Below, piece after piece: positions 39,470 through 49,908 of a stretch of DNA of 64,000 bases. Both the position numbers and the translations under genes were made by a program. The notes below the pieces were generated by a model. That model did not search any database and was not told where the DNA came from. It saw nothing but the letters and a program-made list of their open reading frames with translations. This DNA is from Podarcis muralis (Eukaryota), in the NCBI RefSeq assembly GCF_964188315.1, contig NC_135666.1, positions 15,438,001-15,502,000 on the forward strand. Direction: 5' to 3'. Position 1 is the first letter of the stretch; each line of letters begins with the position of its first letter.

Positions 39470-40520
39470 GGCTCAGCTGTGCACGGGGGAGGCACCGCGG
39501 AAGGCGAGGGAGAAATGGCTTTTTTAAAAAAACAACAACCCACAATGTGCATTATTTTATTTTTTTGGTGCCCTTACCTTCCGATAATTCCAGCTCCAGC
39601 TCAGCCAGGCGGGCTCTCACTTCCAGCGGCAGAGGGAGGCTCTCCAGGCTGCGATCCGCCATACTCGATCCAAGGAGATCTCCTCTGGCTCTCGGCTGTG
39701 GCTCCTTCTCCTCCTTTCTCTCCCCTCGCGCTGCTGCGCGGATGTGGGTCTGGCTCTTTGTTTGCAATACACACCGAGAGAGAGAGGGACACACGCACAC
39801 ACAACACACGCAATCGAGGAGGAGGACGACGACTTGCTGGGGGGGGGGGCGGCGGAATGGAAAGGGAGGGCGGCAAATTAAAAACAAAAGCACCCAACCC
39901 TCCCCCCCGCGCGCTGGGGTGGCGGCGTCGGGGGCCCCGGGTCCTCTCCGGAGGTCTCAGCGGCGCATAAAGCGAGGAATCCACGCAGAGCCCAGCCCAG
40001 CTCAGCTCAGCTCAGGCAGGGATGAGGTGGAGGGAACGCAGAGATTTCCCCTCTCCTCCCTCGCCGCCTGCTGCTGCTGCCTTCAGTGGAGCCCCGCCAT
40101 GGCTGCTGTTGCTGCTGCTGCCGCCTCCTCCTCCTCTTCTTCTCCTTCCTCCTCCTCCTCCTCTTTCCCCCTCGCAATCCTTTCGCATGGAGCTGAGCGG
40201 GCCCGCTGCAAGCTCGCCACAGACTCACGCACAGCGCGCCAGGGCGCAGAGCTCTCTCTCCCGCTCGCCTCCCTCGCTCGCTCGCTCGCTCCACCCCGGC
40301 CGCTGCTGCTGCTGCTGCTGCGGCTGCTTTTTTCGGCGGCGGCGGCTGGAAACTGCGGAGCCGCTGCCGAAAGCCGCCGCTTCTGCTTCTGTCACCCGCG
40401 CACGTGACCCGCCTGGGCGCAGCTGTCCCCTAGAGGGAGCGCGGGAGCACCGAGCCCCTCCAGGGAAGCCCGCGCGCGCCGGCTGGCAGCTTCTTCCCGC
40501 GCGCGCCGCGGGGTCGGTTC
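39470..40520. promoter_or_regulatory. DIP2C: CpG island / DIP2C promoter and 5' UTR
   Basis: Abrupt GC and CpG enrichment (CGCGCGCG, GGCGGCGGCGG, (CTCG)n, (CTG)n) around the first coding exon, with an E-box CACGTGAC at 40401-40408. The TSS position cannot be determined from sequence. Confidence 0.85.
39578..39662 (-). CDS. DIP2C: Disco-interacting protein 2 homolog C, first coding exon (85 nt, phase-1 intron follows)
   Basis: The minus strand reads AGT-ATG-GCG (A at -3, G at +4) and translates as MADRSLESLPLPLEVRARLAELELELSE+G. This matches my recall of the vertebrate DIP2C N-terminus (MADRSLEGMALPLEVRARLAELELELSEG, start of the DMAP1-binding domain). The exon ends at a consensus donor GAAG|GTAAGG (GT at 39577-39576) and lies in a CpG island. 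Confidence 0.95.
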
Positions 40521-40569
40521 TTGTGAGGGCAGAGGGAGCGGGTGGAGAAGGAACAAACAACAACAACGA

Positions 40570-40642
40570 TTCCTCCTCACCACTATGAGCTGAATAAAGA
40601 GCATGAAATCCAAAAAACCAAAAAAAAAAAAAAAAAAAAAAA
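40570..40642 (+). mobile_element. 43-nt fragment of the same LTR family followed by a poly(A) tail (retrocopy-like)
   Basis: 40570-40612 matches 47928-47970 at 42/43 nt and includes AATAAA (40593-40598). It is followed by AAAAACC plus A23 instead of the LTR U5 sequence. Confidence 0.8.
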
Positions 40643-41213
40643 CCCACAACAGAAAAAGCCTTTAATATATATATTAGGGCAACTCCTAGGGCAGCAAGGT
40701 CCCTTCAGCCTCCCCCAATAAAATGTTTTTTATTCAATAAAATATGTTTTGTTCAACTTGGCATCCCTGGGCATAGGAGGTTCTTTCGGGCCCCCGAGGC
40801 AGCAGAAGTGGCTCGCATCCTCCTTCGGGGCAATAAAAATTCAAAATACGGTACTTTATTTTCTGCCTGTGCTAAATCAAATTTAAAAAACCCACTAGTG
40901 AGGTGTGTCACATCAGGGATAAGACCTGGTCTCATTAAAGGCCAGCAAGTGGTCAGTTATTTATTATATCCATCCAATTATTTAATAGTTTCTCGTATTT
41001 TTTCACCAAAAAGGTTGCCACTTAGGTATTATACCTTTCAAGCATCAAAATGTCTCTATAGAAATAATCAACAACACACACACACGACACAGGATCCACA
41101 GAACAGCCAGTCAAGTTCCACTCACACAGTGGGGCTTTTCCTGCCTTCCCAATGTATCCCCTGGTCCATATGTCTTCCCTGAAAAGTCACTGAGAGCATC
41201 CTCCAGAACAGAC

Positions 41214-41280
<67 letters not shown>

Positions 41281-41281
41281 T
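41214..41281. repeat. (ATT)n microsatellite
   Basis: Seen directly. Confidence 0.95.
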
Positions 41282-42040
41282 CAATTTATACACTAGGGTG
41301 GGGACATGAAACTTGAAGGAGGAATCTGCAAATAACAGAGAATATTCCTATTCTTACACAAAAGGAGTTGCCTTTTATGTACACGAGGATCTCTCTGGAT
41401 CCTGTCCTAATACTGCAGCACAAACCATTAAAATAAAATCAGCTGCTTAACCAGTTTTAATCCCGTTCTAAATTTCCTCCCAAGGGAACCATGCTCATGC
41501 TAAAGAGAAAGGCCTTCATTATCCAGTGGAAAACATTTGGGGTTTTTTAGCCCAGGGGCCACATTCCCTTCTGGGCAACCTTCTGGGGGCCACATGCCAG
41601 TAGCAGGTGAGGCCAGAGGCAAAAGTGGGTGGAGCTGCAGGTGTGACTCTTTGCATAATAAGCTGCAGTCCTACACAAAAGCCCACATGCCATCGAGTCA
41701 AGCAAGAAGCATTAACAGTTCCATTCTAGCCGGGGGGGGGGGGCAGACTCAAGGAGGGTGCAGAGCAGGGACAAGGAATGGGGTGTGGCCTAGGAAGAGC
41801 CTCAAGTGCCAGATAGTGAAGACTGAAGGGCCACATTTGGCCCTTGGATGTCAGGTTCCCCATCTTTACAGTGAGGCTCCTTCAACAAGGGCTTCCGTAA
41901 GGAGGCTCTCAAGCAAGTCAACGTGGTGCATTTCAGGCAATGGGAAGACCAAAAGCAAGGCTGCTCCAGAAGATTTTAGGGCACATATGGGAGGAGGCAC
42001 CCGATACATTCCTTCTCATGTGTAAGGCCCAGACCATTTA

Positions 42041-42368
42041 CCATACTTTCCCGTGTATAAGACTAGACCCCCCCCTTAAAAATCATGCTAAAAAGTGGGG
42101 GTCATCTTATACATGGGTAGTGCAAAGGGGGAACGTTTGATTGGTTGCTGCCGTGGCTGTCAGTCGCTATTGTGCATGTTGTTGGTTAATGTGTCAATGG
42201 GTGGTGTTGATTGGCCAATGCTGTGGCAGTTGGGCGGGCGATTGGCAGCTTCTGCTGGAGAGGGCAATCCTTCCCCAAAAAAGCTCAAAAACTTTTTGCC
42301 ATCTCCCCTCATTTTCTGAAATTCCAGTCCCCCAAAATAGGGGGCGTCTTATAGGCGGAAAAGTACGG
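42041..42368. mobile_element. Mariner/pogo-type non-autonomous element
   Basis: Imperfect ~23-bp TIRs CCATACTTTCCCGTGTATAAGAC / GTCTTATAGGCGGAAAAGTACGG. The left flank is TA and the right is TG. Confidence 0.75.
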
Positions 42369-42411
42369 TGTTACTTGAAACATTTAGAAAGCAGCCATTT
42401 TAATTGTGCTG

Positions 42412-42568
42412 NNNNNNNNNNNNNNNNNNNNNNNNNNNNNNNNNNNNNNNNNNNNNNNNNNNNNNNNNNNNNNNNNNNNNNNNNNNNNNNNNNNNNNNNN
42501 NNNNNNNNNNNNNNNNNNNNNNNNNNNNNNNNNNNNNNNNNNNNNNNNNNNNNNNNNNNNNNNNNNNN
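42412..42568. other. Assembly gap (157 N)
   Basis: Run of N. Confidence 0.99.
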
Positions 42569-43512
42569 TTTTCTTGCACCCACTCAACCCATCTTTTGTG
42601 TGTGTTTGTTTGTTTCATGTTGTGAAGAGCAGTGCAAACCCTTGTCCACCACTCCCCATGACTCACACATACTGCCCTACAATCTTGTGGACGTTGTATA
42701 TCGGCTGCAGATTAGCTACCAATGCACCATCAAAAACTTGGTTGTTGACATATGACTAGCTTACCTAAAAGACTGGCTTCCCATGTGTATATCTGTTAAA
42801 TCACTGAGATCAGCTTGGGAGGTTGTGGCAGTGCCATGCTACAGATCATCATATGGTGGGGACTCAGAAGAAAGGCATTTTATCCTGCTGCCTCTGTATT
42901 TTGAAATACGCTTTCCTTTGCAATGTGAGAAGCACCTTCAGTCATATGTTTTAAGACATATTCTGAAAACATACTTTTCTTCTCAGGCTTTCCCTGATAG
43001 TTAACGTTGGGCCCTGTACCTTTGTATCTTACGATGCTGCATCCTATTTTTGGAATTTATGGTTCTGGTTGTTTTTTTCTTAGTAGCTTTATACTGATTT
43101 TTTTTGTGTGTATATCTGAATCTGTTGTACATCATGTTGATTTAAAAAAAAATTAAGCAATTTAGAAATGCTGTTAAATAAACAAATAAATCATTTTGGT
43201 GTGCTATTTTTATTATTTTGCCTGTGTGCTCCCTTGCTGTGCAACCAGCTCAATTGCTATTATTGTTGTTGTTTTAATTTGCAGAACATTATCCTAATAC
43301 TGTAGGCCTAACATAACTCTCTCCATCCATTAAGGTGTGCACACTCATGTCAACTTTCACCTCCTTTTAAACAGGTTTTTCAGGTTTCTGTACTATTAAA
43401 AAAATACACACAAAAAAACTTAAAAACCTGTTTGACCAGAGCTGGCAGTGGAACAAAATAAATGTCTGTACATTATGGGAAAGCAAGTCCTCCTACAAAC
43501 CATATTACACAA

Positions 43513-43514
<2 letters not shown>

Positions 43515-43550
<36 letters not shown>
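43515..43550. repeat. (GA)n microsatellite
   Basis: Seen directly. Confidence 0.95.
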
Positions 43551-43552
<2 letters not shown>

Positions 43553-43984
43553 ACCTATTGGCTGGTCCCACCTTGAGATACACTGCACTATGATCTCAGC
43601 TGTGAACTTGTAGGGTTTCAAGTAACACCTGCAATACATAACATCTGAAAGCTAGTGCAACCACTCTTCTTTATAATCCTCAACAGGATACTGGGTGAGA
43701 TGTAGAAGCAACAGGATAACAAACAGTGCAGAATTTGTGGAAAAAGGCAAAATATTCAGGAAAGGCCAGGGATTGACTATAGGAGTCATTTCCTACACAA
43801 ACACAGCTACAGGCCACAACTATGGTGAAAATCATAGGGTGGGATTCAAGGAACTGCGTGCCAAGCTCCGTACACCCAAAGGTAGGGGGCGGTTTTGGGG
43901 CTTGAATCGCAGCTCTCCGTGCTAAATTGCAAACATATAGACTGACAACCACGAAGAAAAAGGCTGAAGGGTGTACTGGAAAGA

Positions 43985-44305
43985 AGTTACTGTAGAAAAG
44001 GGCTGTGGTGATCTTTGTTTTCGTGTGTGAGTGGGGTGGGTGGGTGTTTTTGAATCAGGTTAGCCATATTGATTTGAATGCTGTTGGTAGATTCTTGTCG
44101 TTGTCTTGTTGGGCTGTGTATGTGATAAAAGGGAGCCATACCGGGGTGAAGGCATCTTCTTCTATTTGTCCCCATGTCAGTTTCAGTTTATTGGTTAATT
44201 TTTCTAGTAGGGCTGTTTCCCATACTATTTGGTACCATTGGTCCATGCTTACTCCTGACAGGTCTCTCCAGTGTCTGGTTATGATGTTTCTGGTTGCAGA
44301 GAGGT
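43985..44305 (-). mobile_element. L1/Tx1 ORF2 C-terminal end plus start of the 3' UTR
   Basis: LSATRNIITRHWRDLSGVSMDQWYQIVWETALLEKLT..DAFTPVWLPFITY fits the non-mammalian L1 ORF2 terminal pattern (L.AAr..I...W......W...i.....lEkl....F...W.pf). Confidence 0.75.
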
Positions 44306-47300
44306 AGGAAGGGGCTGTTGAGGAGGCAGCAGATCTAGCCTCCAAGGAGCGTGCTACAGCTGTCACGGCCACGGTGGTAGCAGCAGAGGTTGATGCATCC
44401 CTCGGAGACCAGGACTGCTGTCCCTGTGGATCCTGCTGCACGAGGCAGACACCTTGCCTCATGAGTGGGCCGGCCCTGACAACTCACATGACACAAACAC
44501 ACACACCATTTGCCTTTCATCACTGGGGCTGATGGGAGTCCAACTACATCTGATGGGTCACAGGTTCCTTGCTTTAGCCAAATGACTCTCTTTGCACGTA
44601 GATATTGTCTACCGTCAACGACAAGGTTCTAATCAAAACCTAGAGAGAGAACCAAATCTTCACGTTGACATAACAAGGCAAAAACATCAATAGCACTTAC
44701 TCCCATGTCTGCTCTCAAATTAGAGGCAGATATGTGAAGAATGTCAGGCACTGTTCAGCACATGTATGTCTGACTTTTGTTATGATGTCAGTGACTTATG
44801 GGTGTGCTCCCATGAGCAAAACAACAGCAGCCATATGGATTTATTTATGGCTGCACTTCAGACAGTAAGCATGGGAATAAGGCTTGGGGCTATAAAAAGA
44901 AATGCTGTATATAGGGGTTCAGACAACAGCATCCATGGGATAAGATATACACATATCTTGTTCAAAATGTCTCCGCAAGGCAGCTCCTTCCTTATCTCTT
45001 TATCTTTTTTTAAGGGGGAAATTTTGAATACAATGTAAATGCAGGTAATGACCCTTTACATATTTGCCGGATTACAATTTAAGGATGCTTAGCTCTTAAG
45101 TGTTCCTTATCTTCAAAGGGTTTCACACAATAATTAGTCTTCACACCACTCTGGAAACTGTTATTATCTCTGTGCTTTGGAAGCTGGAGGCTTCAAGGAT
45201 GCAAAAGGCTTGATGGTGTTCTCAGGGCCTCCAAAGCAAACCAGCGAGTGTTTTGTAAAATGGTGCCTCCAGCTTTTAGAAGAGGCACGTACCTAAAAGG
45301 GCAGGCTCAAATGAAATTTTAAAAAGCTCTCACTGTGTTTACTGGAACCTAACACTCAAAGCCAGTGGCCAGGATCCAAAGATCTACTTGTGCATGCTGA
45401 TATGGAATTTAAAAACTCCTATTTTCTTTGCATAGCTACCTACACTGTCTAGTGCACATCATACGAGAAACTGCTTTTCTGAAACTACTGCAGTTTCAAA
45501 GTCCGATTGCCATGTGTCATGGGAAGAAGGACCTGCTGTTTGCGAAGCATAAGCCCAAAGCGCCTCACATGAAACAGTTAAACAATACTGGATCTTAGCA
45601 ACCGTATTTTACCACTAAAAAGGGCCAGGTATCATTACAGCTGCAATAAAAAACAAAAGCACACTGAGAGTAAAGTACAGAGGTTAGCCAAATACACCCT
45701 GCCACAATTTGGGCATGTGTTAGTGGAGGATTAATGTCTGAATTACTTTCTGATACTCAGGTTATAAAGGTGTGCCATCTCTTTTAGGATTGCTCTCCAT
45801 TCATTGCTTTCACCTGCTTGGTAAGCTTTTCTGTTACGGTCCAAGCATTTTGTATCCAAACAGACAACCGCAGATTATCTACTGTAAACCTTTCCCATTT
45901 TGAGCACTCAGTTGTCAAGTTGCAACCAGGAGAAATGTAATCAGTGCTTTATGTAGGTTTTTGTTGTTATTGTCACATAATCTATATTTGAGCAATGGTC
46001 TCTCCTTTTTTAAAAAAGAAAGAAAGACAGAAAGTGCCTGGTGATTAATGCCCTTTGACCCCACTTCAAAGTGGTCTAGTAGGATCCTGTCCTCAGCAGC
46101 CTCAGGTATAAACAGGATTTTAATGTCTAACCTCCTTGTTTTGTTTGCAGGCCAAAATAGTTACACTCTGGCTTACCACCCCCATGATATTCCTTTCTCG
46201 TGCGTTCCAAGGCCAGAGCCATCTGTTTAGTTAGGTCCATTACTTTTAATAGGATGGCAACAACATATATAACCACCAAGGGCAATGGAAAGTCTGTTTC
46301 CACTGAACTGGCACTGCATAGGTGATAACAGAACAGAACAAGAGGCTCTCTTCCACAGACAGAGTCAGCACGGTTGCATAAGCACAGAGTAAAACCAAGT
46401 TTCAGTTAAGACCATAACTAAAAGGGTGCTGGAATAGTCTCCAAGGTTTCTGCGTGGGCACACAGATCCCCGTCCAAAAAGGCCCCCTTGGCACACGCAA
46501 GGACCGTGTGTATCCACACTGCGCCTGAAATTCCAGCACTCCACACCGTACGACAAACCATTCAGAGGGATTCCAAGCGCAGCTTGTTATCTGGGCTTCT
46601 GTTTGGAAAATAAATGAATCAAAGAAAGGCCCTCTGCATGCGGAGGGCTAACCATGCAGCTCTCTGGATGATGTCCCAAATCTGAAATAGTATATGGTGT
46701 GTTTAGGAGCCTCATAGTAGCCTAGGAGTGATTAACTCAGGTGGGGTGCTTTGTAATGCAAAGCATTCTTGACAGGAGTGAATCGTCCCTGTGGAGTCAT
46801 AATGGCTATTATCGTCTCTATCAAAACAGAGTTGTGTATAAGGGGCCCGTGGATACTTGTTATTTCCATGGCTACCCCAGAGAAGGAAATACACCAACCT
46901 GTAAGAGATCTGTGTTTTCCTTGGACCAGGTCCTTGCACTGCGCAGTAAGAAGCTCCAGTTGGCCAAATGGATGACTGTCCCAGACAGCCCCCTGCTGGA
47001 AAAAAACAAACCACACCATCTACAGCTGCCGGATTTTTTAAATCCTTTAATCTTCCCTCCTGATGATGACGGGTGTCAGCGGCATATTTGCACCACATGC
47101 TTAAAGTGTCTTAATTGTCGTTATTTCATTCCTTGGGAACTGTAGTTCCATGAAGAAGGGGGGACAGAGGAGATGGTTAATTGGGTGCTATATAAATGCC
47201 ATAAATAAACATAAAATGAGAAACTTCAGCATCCTCACCAAACTACAAATCCTGCTGCTGCTGCTACTAGCAGGTTTGAAAGAAATGCTTAAATAAATAA

Positions 47301-47695
47301 AATGATAAAAATATGCCATCTCAAGAAGAAAGAGAGAAATGAACACTGGTAATTTCAAGCAGAGAGAAGTAAACAAGAATCATACGAGCAGACCATCCAT
47401 GCAAATCCTCCTCTGCCCCCCCCCCCCCAATACCCATATTCAATGTAGCAGGGAGAAATTCCAGTATTTTTGACGGAAGGAAAGTCATGAAAACATAACT
47501 GGCATTAACCCACTGCAAGCTTATTGGGTAGGTACGCCCCGTGACAATATACTTGTGACTGCATGTGTGCACGCATGCACACATACATATCAAGACCTGT
47601 GACTGCTAACAGAATTGCTTTAAAAGTCAGCAAAAAACTAAATAACATTGAAGGAGAAAGCCCAGCTCTGAGATAGTCACATCCACCAAGGTATC

Positions 47696-47993
47696 TGTTA
47701 TGTACTGAGTTGAATAGGATCCAAAATGCAGCAGTCTGATTGGTCCTAGAACAATAGGATTCAGAATGCAGCAGTCTGATTGGTCCACAGGAGCCACCCA
47801 ATCCAGCTCCAGGTGGAAGTGAATCCGCAACCTGATTGGCCTACAGGAGAATTCCGGAATTAGCCAATCACGTGGGGCCCATTGTGTAAATAATGTATAT
47901 AAAGCAGACATTCTGGGGGAACTTCCCTTCCTCCTCACTACTATGAGCTGAATAAAGAGCATGAAATCCACTGTCGACTCCGAGTATATTTCA
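47696..47993 (+). mobile_element. Solo LTR (298 bp; Gypsy/ERV-type retrotransposon)
   Basis: Starts TGTTA and ends TTTCA, with a perfect 5-bp TSD GTATC (47691-47695 / 47994-47998). It carries several CCAAT/ATTGG boxes, a tandem-duplicated U3 unit, CACGTG at 47869-47874, TATATAAA at 47896 and AATAAA at 47951. Confidence 0.9.
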
Positions 47994-48304
47994 GTATCAT
48001 TTATAAAATGTGAGTAATACCAATAGGTTGCCTTCTTAGAAAACAGACAGAAATGCAATAACATGTTATTGATTGAGCGCTTCATATGTTGAATTATGAT
48101 TATGCCGCTGTGGTTAATGGTTCCAGTCTTTCCATTTTAAACTGTCTTAGTAGTGTTTTAATTAGTTTATGCTGTTATTTTTGTTCAGCATCTTTAATAC
48201 ATTCCTACAGAACAAAACAGCCGATACATTAGTAGTCATATGTTTGATGCCAGTGTAGATGGCATCCTATAATGCAGGAAGCTCTGTTATATTCGTACCA
48301 CGTG

Positions 48305-48471
48305 CCCCATCTATGTAGCTCAGCATTGATACTGCGCTGACAGGCAGCCATTCATTGGGGTTTCAGACAGTGGCCTCAACTGGTCCTAGTTAGAGATGCC
48401 ATGACGTTCTGAACCCTGCGACCTTCTGCATGCAAGCAGGTGCCTTACCTCTAAGCTAAAACCCTTTTCCC
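48305..48471 (-). mobile_element. Same older tRNA-derived SINE family, degraded
   Basis: GAACCCTGCGACCTTCTGCATGCAAGCAGGTGC..AGCTAAAACCCTTTTCCC reverse head. Confidence 0.6.
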
Positions 48472-48489
48472 TAATGCGCGAGTTGCCCA

Positions 48490-48813
48490 GAGCCAGTGTG
48501 GTGTAGTGGTTAAGAGCGGTAGTCTCGTAATCTGGGGAACCGGGTTCGCTTCCCCGCTCCTCCACATGCAGCTGCTGGGTGACCTTGGGCCAGTCACACT
48601 TCTCTGAAGTCTCTCAGCCCCACTCACCTCACAGAGTGTTTGTTGTGGGGGAGGAAGGGAAGGAGAATGTTAGCCACTTTGAGACTCCGTTGGGTAGTGA
48701 TAAAGCGGGATATCAAATCCAAACTCCTCCTCCTCCTCCTCCTCCTCCTCCTCCTCCTCCTCCTCCTCCTCCTCCTCTTCTTCTTCTTCTTCTTCTTCTT
48801 CTTCTTCTTCTTC
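48490..48813 (+). mobile_element. MIR/Ther1-derived SINE (Squam3-like) with long (CTC)n(TTC)n tail
   Basis: GAGCCAGTGTGGTGTAGTGGTTAAGAGC head, B-box-like GGGTTCGC, MIR-like core and triplet tail. Confidence 0.88.
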
Positions 48814-49552
48814 TCTGGCGCCATGAAAAATAAAGCTCCGCTAGAGAGCTTTATAAGAGCCGGGATTTACAGTATCATCATTGGAACAGAGTAAAAGGGA
48901 ACGGCAATGCATAAAAAGGCTGATCGTTTCATCATAGTTGACACTTCTCCACCCTCACGCTTTGAACTCGCTTTGTGACTCCTCTGCCAGTTCTTTTTTT
49001 CCCCCTCTCAGCTCCTCAGTTTGCATTTCGATTGACCTATTCAATGACCTTTGGAACCGTCTGCAGAAAATTGGGGGAAACGGCACTTACGGATGCTTCT
49101 TAAGAGTGCATTGTTGAGTTATTGGATATTTTATATGTGATTTTAATCCCTGAAGGATGCATCAAATAGATAGCATTTCCTATCACTTATTCGGATGAAA
49201 TTTGCACTAGGAAGGCTGGTAATGTCAATTCCAGAGGCTCCTAGGTGCTGGAGGGGGAGGAGGGGTGCTTTATTGTTGGTTTTGTCGCAGAGCCTCTGAT
49301 TTCATCTCTGTCCTTGCAGAGACATGCCTCTTCTGTTAGGAAGGGTGGGTTTGGGGACGAGGCACTGGTGACTGCTCATGCAGCCACTATAACTTTGAAG
49401 CACACCTGAAGCACAATGCTCCCCACCCATCCCAAGACTTCTAGGCACTGTCGTTTGTTAAGGGTTGCTGGGAATCACAACTCTGAGAGGAGTAAACTAC
49501 CGTGCCCAGAATTCTTTGTGGGAATTAATGTAATTTAAAGGTATAGTGTGAA

Positions 49553-49908
49553 GGGACGTGGGTGGTGCTGTGGGTTAAACTACAGAGCCTAGGACTTGCC
49601 GATCAGAAGGTCGGCGGTTCAAATCCCCACGACGGGGTGAGCTCCCGTTGCTCAGTCCCTGCTCCTGCCAACCTAGCAGTTCGAAAGCACGTCAAAAGTG
49701 CAAGTAGATAAATAGGTACCGCTTCGGCGGGAAGGTAAACGGCGTTTCCGTGCGCTGCTCTGATTCGCCAGAAGTGGCTTAGCTATGCTGGCCACATGAC
49801 TCGGAAGCTGTACGCCGGCTCCCTCGGCCAATAAAGGGAGATGAGCGCCGCAACTACAGAGTCGGTCACGACTGGACCTGATGGTCAGGGATCCCTTTAC
49901 CTTTACCT
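49553..49908 (+). mobile_element. Sauria SINE
   Basis: Full head to (ACCTTT)n tail. 17-bp TSD TTTAAAGGTATAGTGTG (49534-49550 / 49909-49925). Confidence 0.93.

Larger units (their letters stand above)
1..39577 (-). other. DIP2C: DIP2C intron 1 (continues beyond the window start)
   Basis: Begins at the GTAAGG donor after exon 1. I found no sequence encoding the expected next exon (GDITQKGYEKKR...) in 1-39577. DIP2C intron 1 is very long in other amniotes. Confidence 0.75.

Noticed and set aside
39552-39893. 113-aa minus-strand ORF as a full gene
   Set aside because: It starts at a non-ATG codon in the 5' UTR and reads through the splice donor. Only 39578-39662 is the real exon.
39280-40407. 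375-aa plus-strand ORF and other long ORFs across the CpG island
   Set aside because: Low complexity, built from microsatellites and stop-poor GC-rich DNA, with no recognisable homology. Only the internal Kozak ATG portion is kept as a weak finding.
42141-42759. ORFs spanning the N-run
   Set aside because: Artefacts of the assembly gap.
46741-47145. 134-aa plus-strand ORF
   Set aside because: No recognisable domain, no convincing exon structure, and overlapping ORFs of similar size occur on the other strand.
48579-48894. Poly-Pro/Leu/Arg/Lys ORFs
   Set aside because: They are translations of the SINE's (CTC)n(TTC)n tail.
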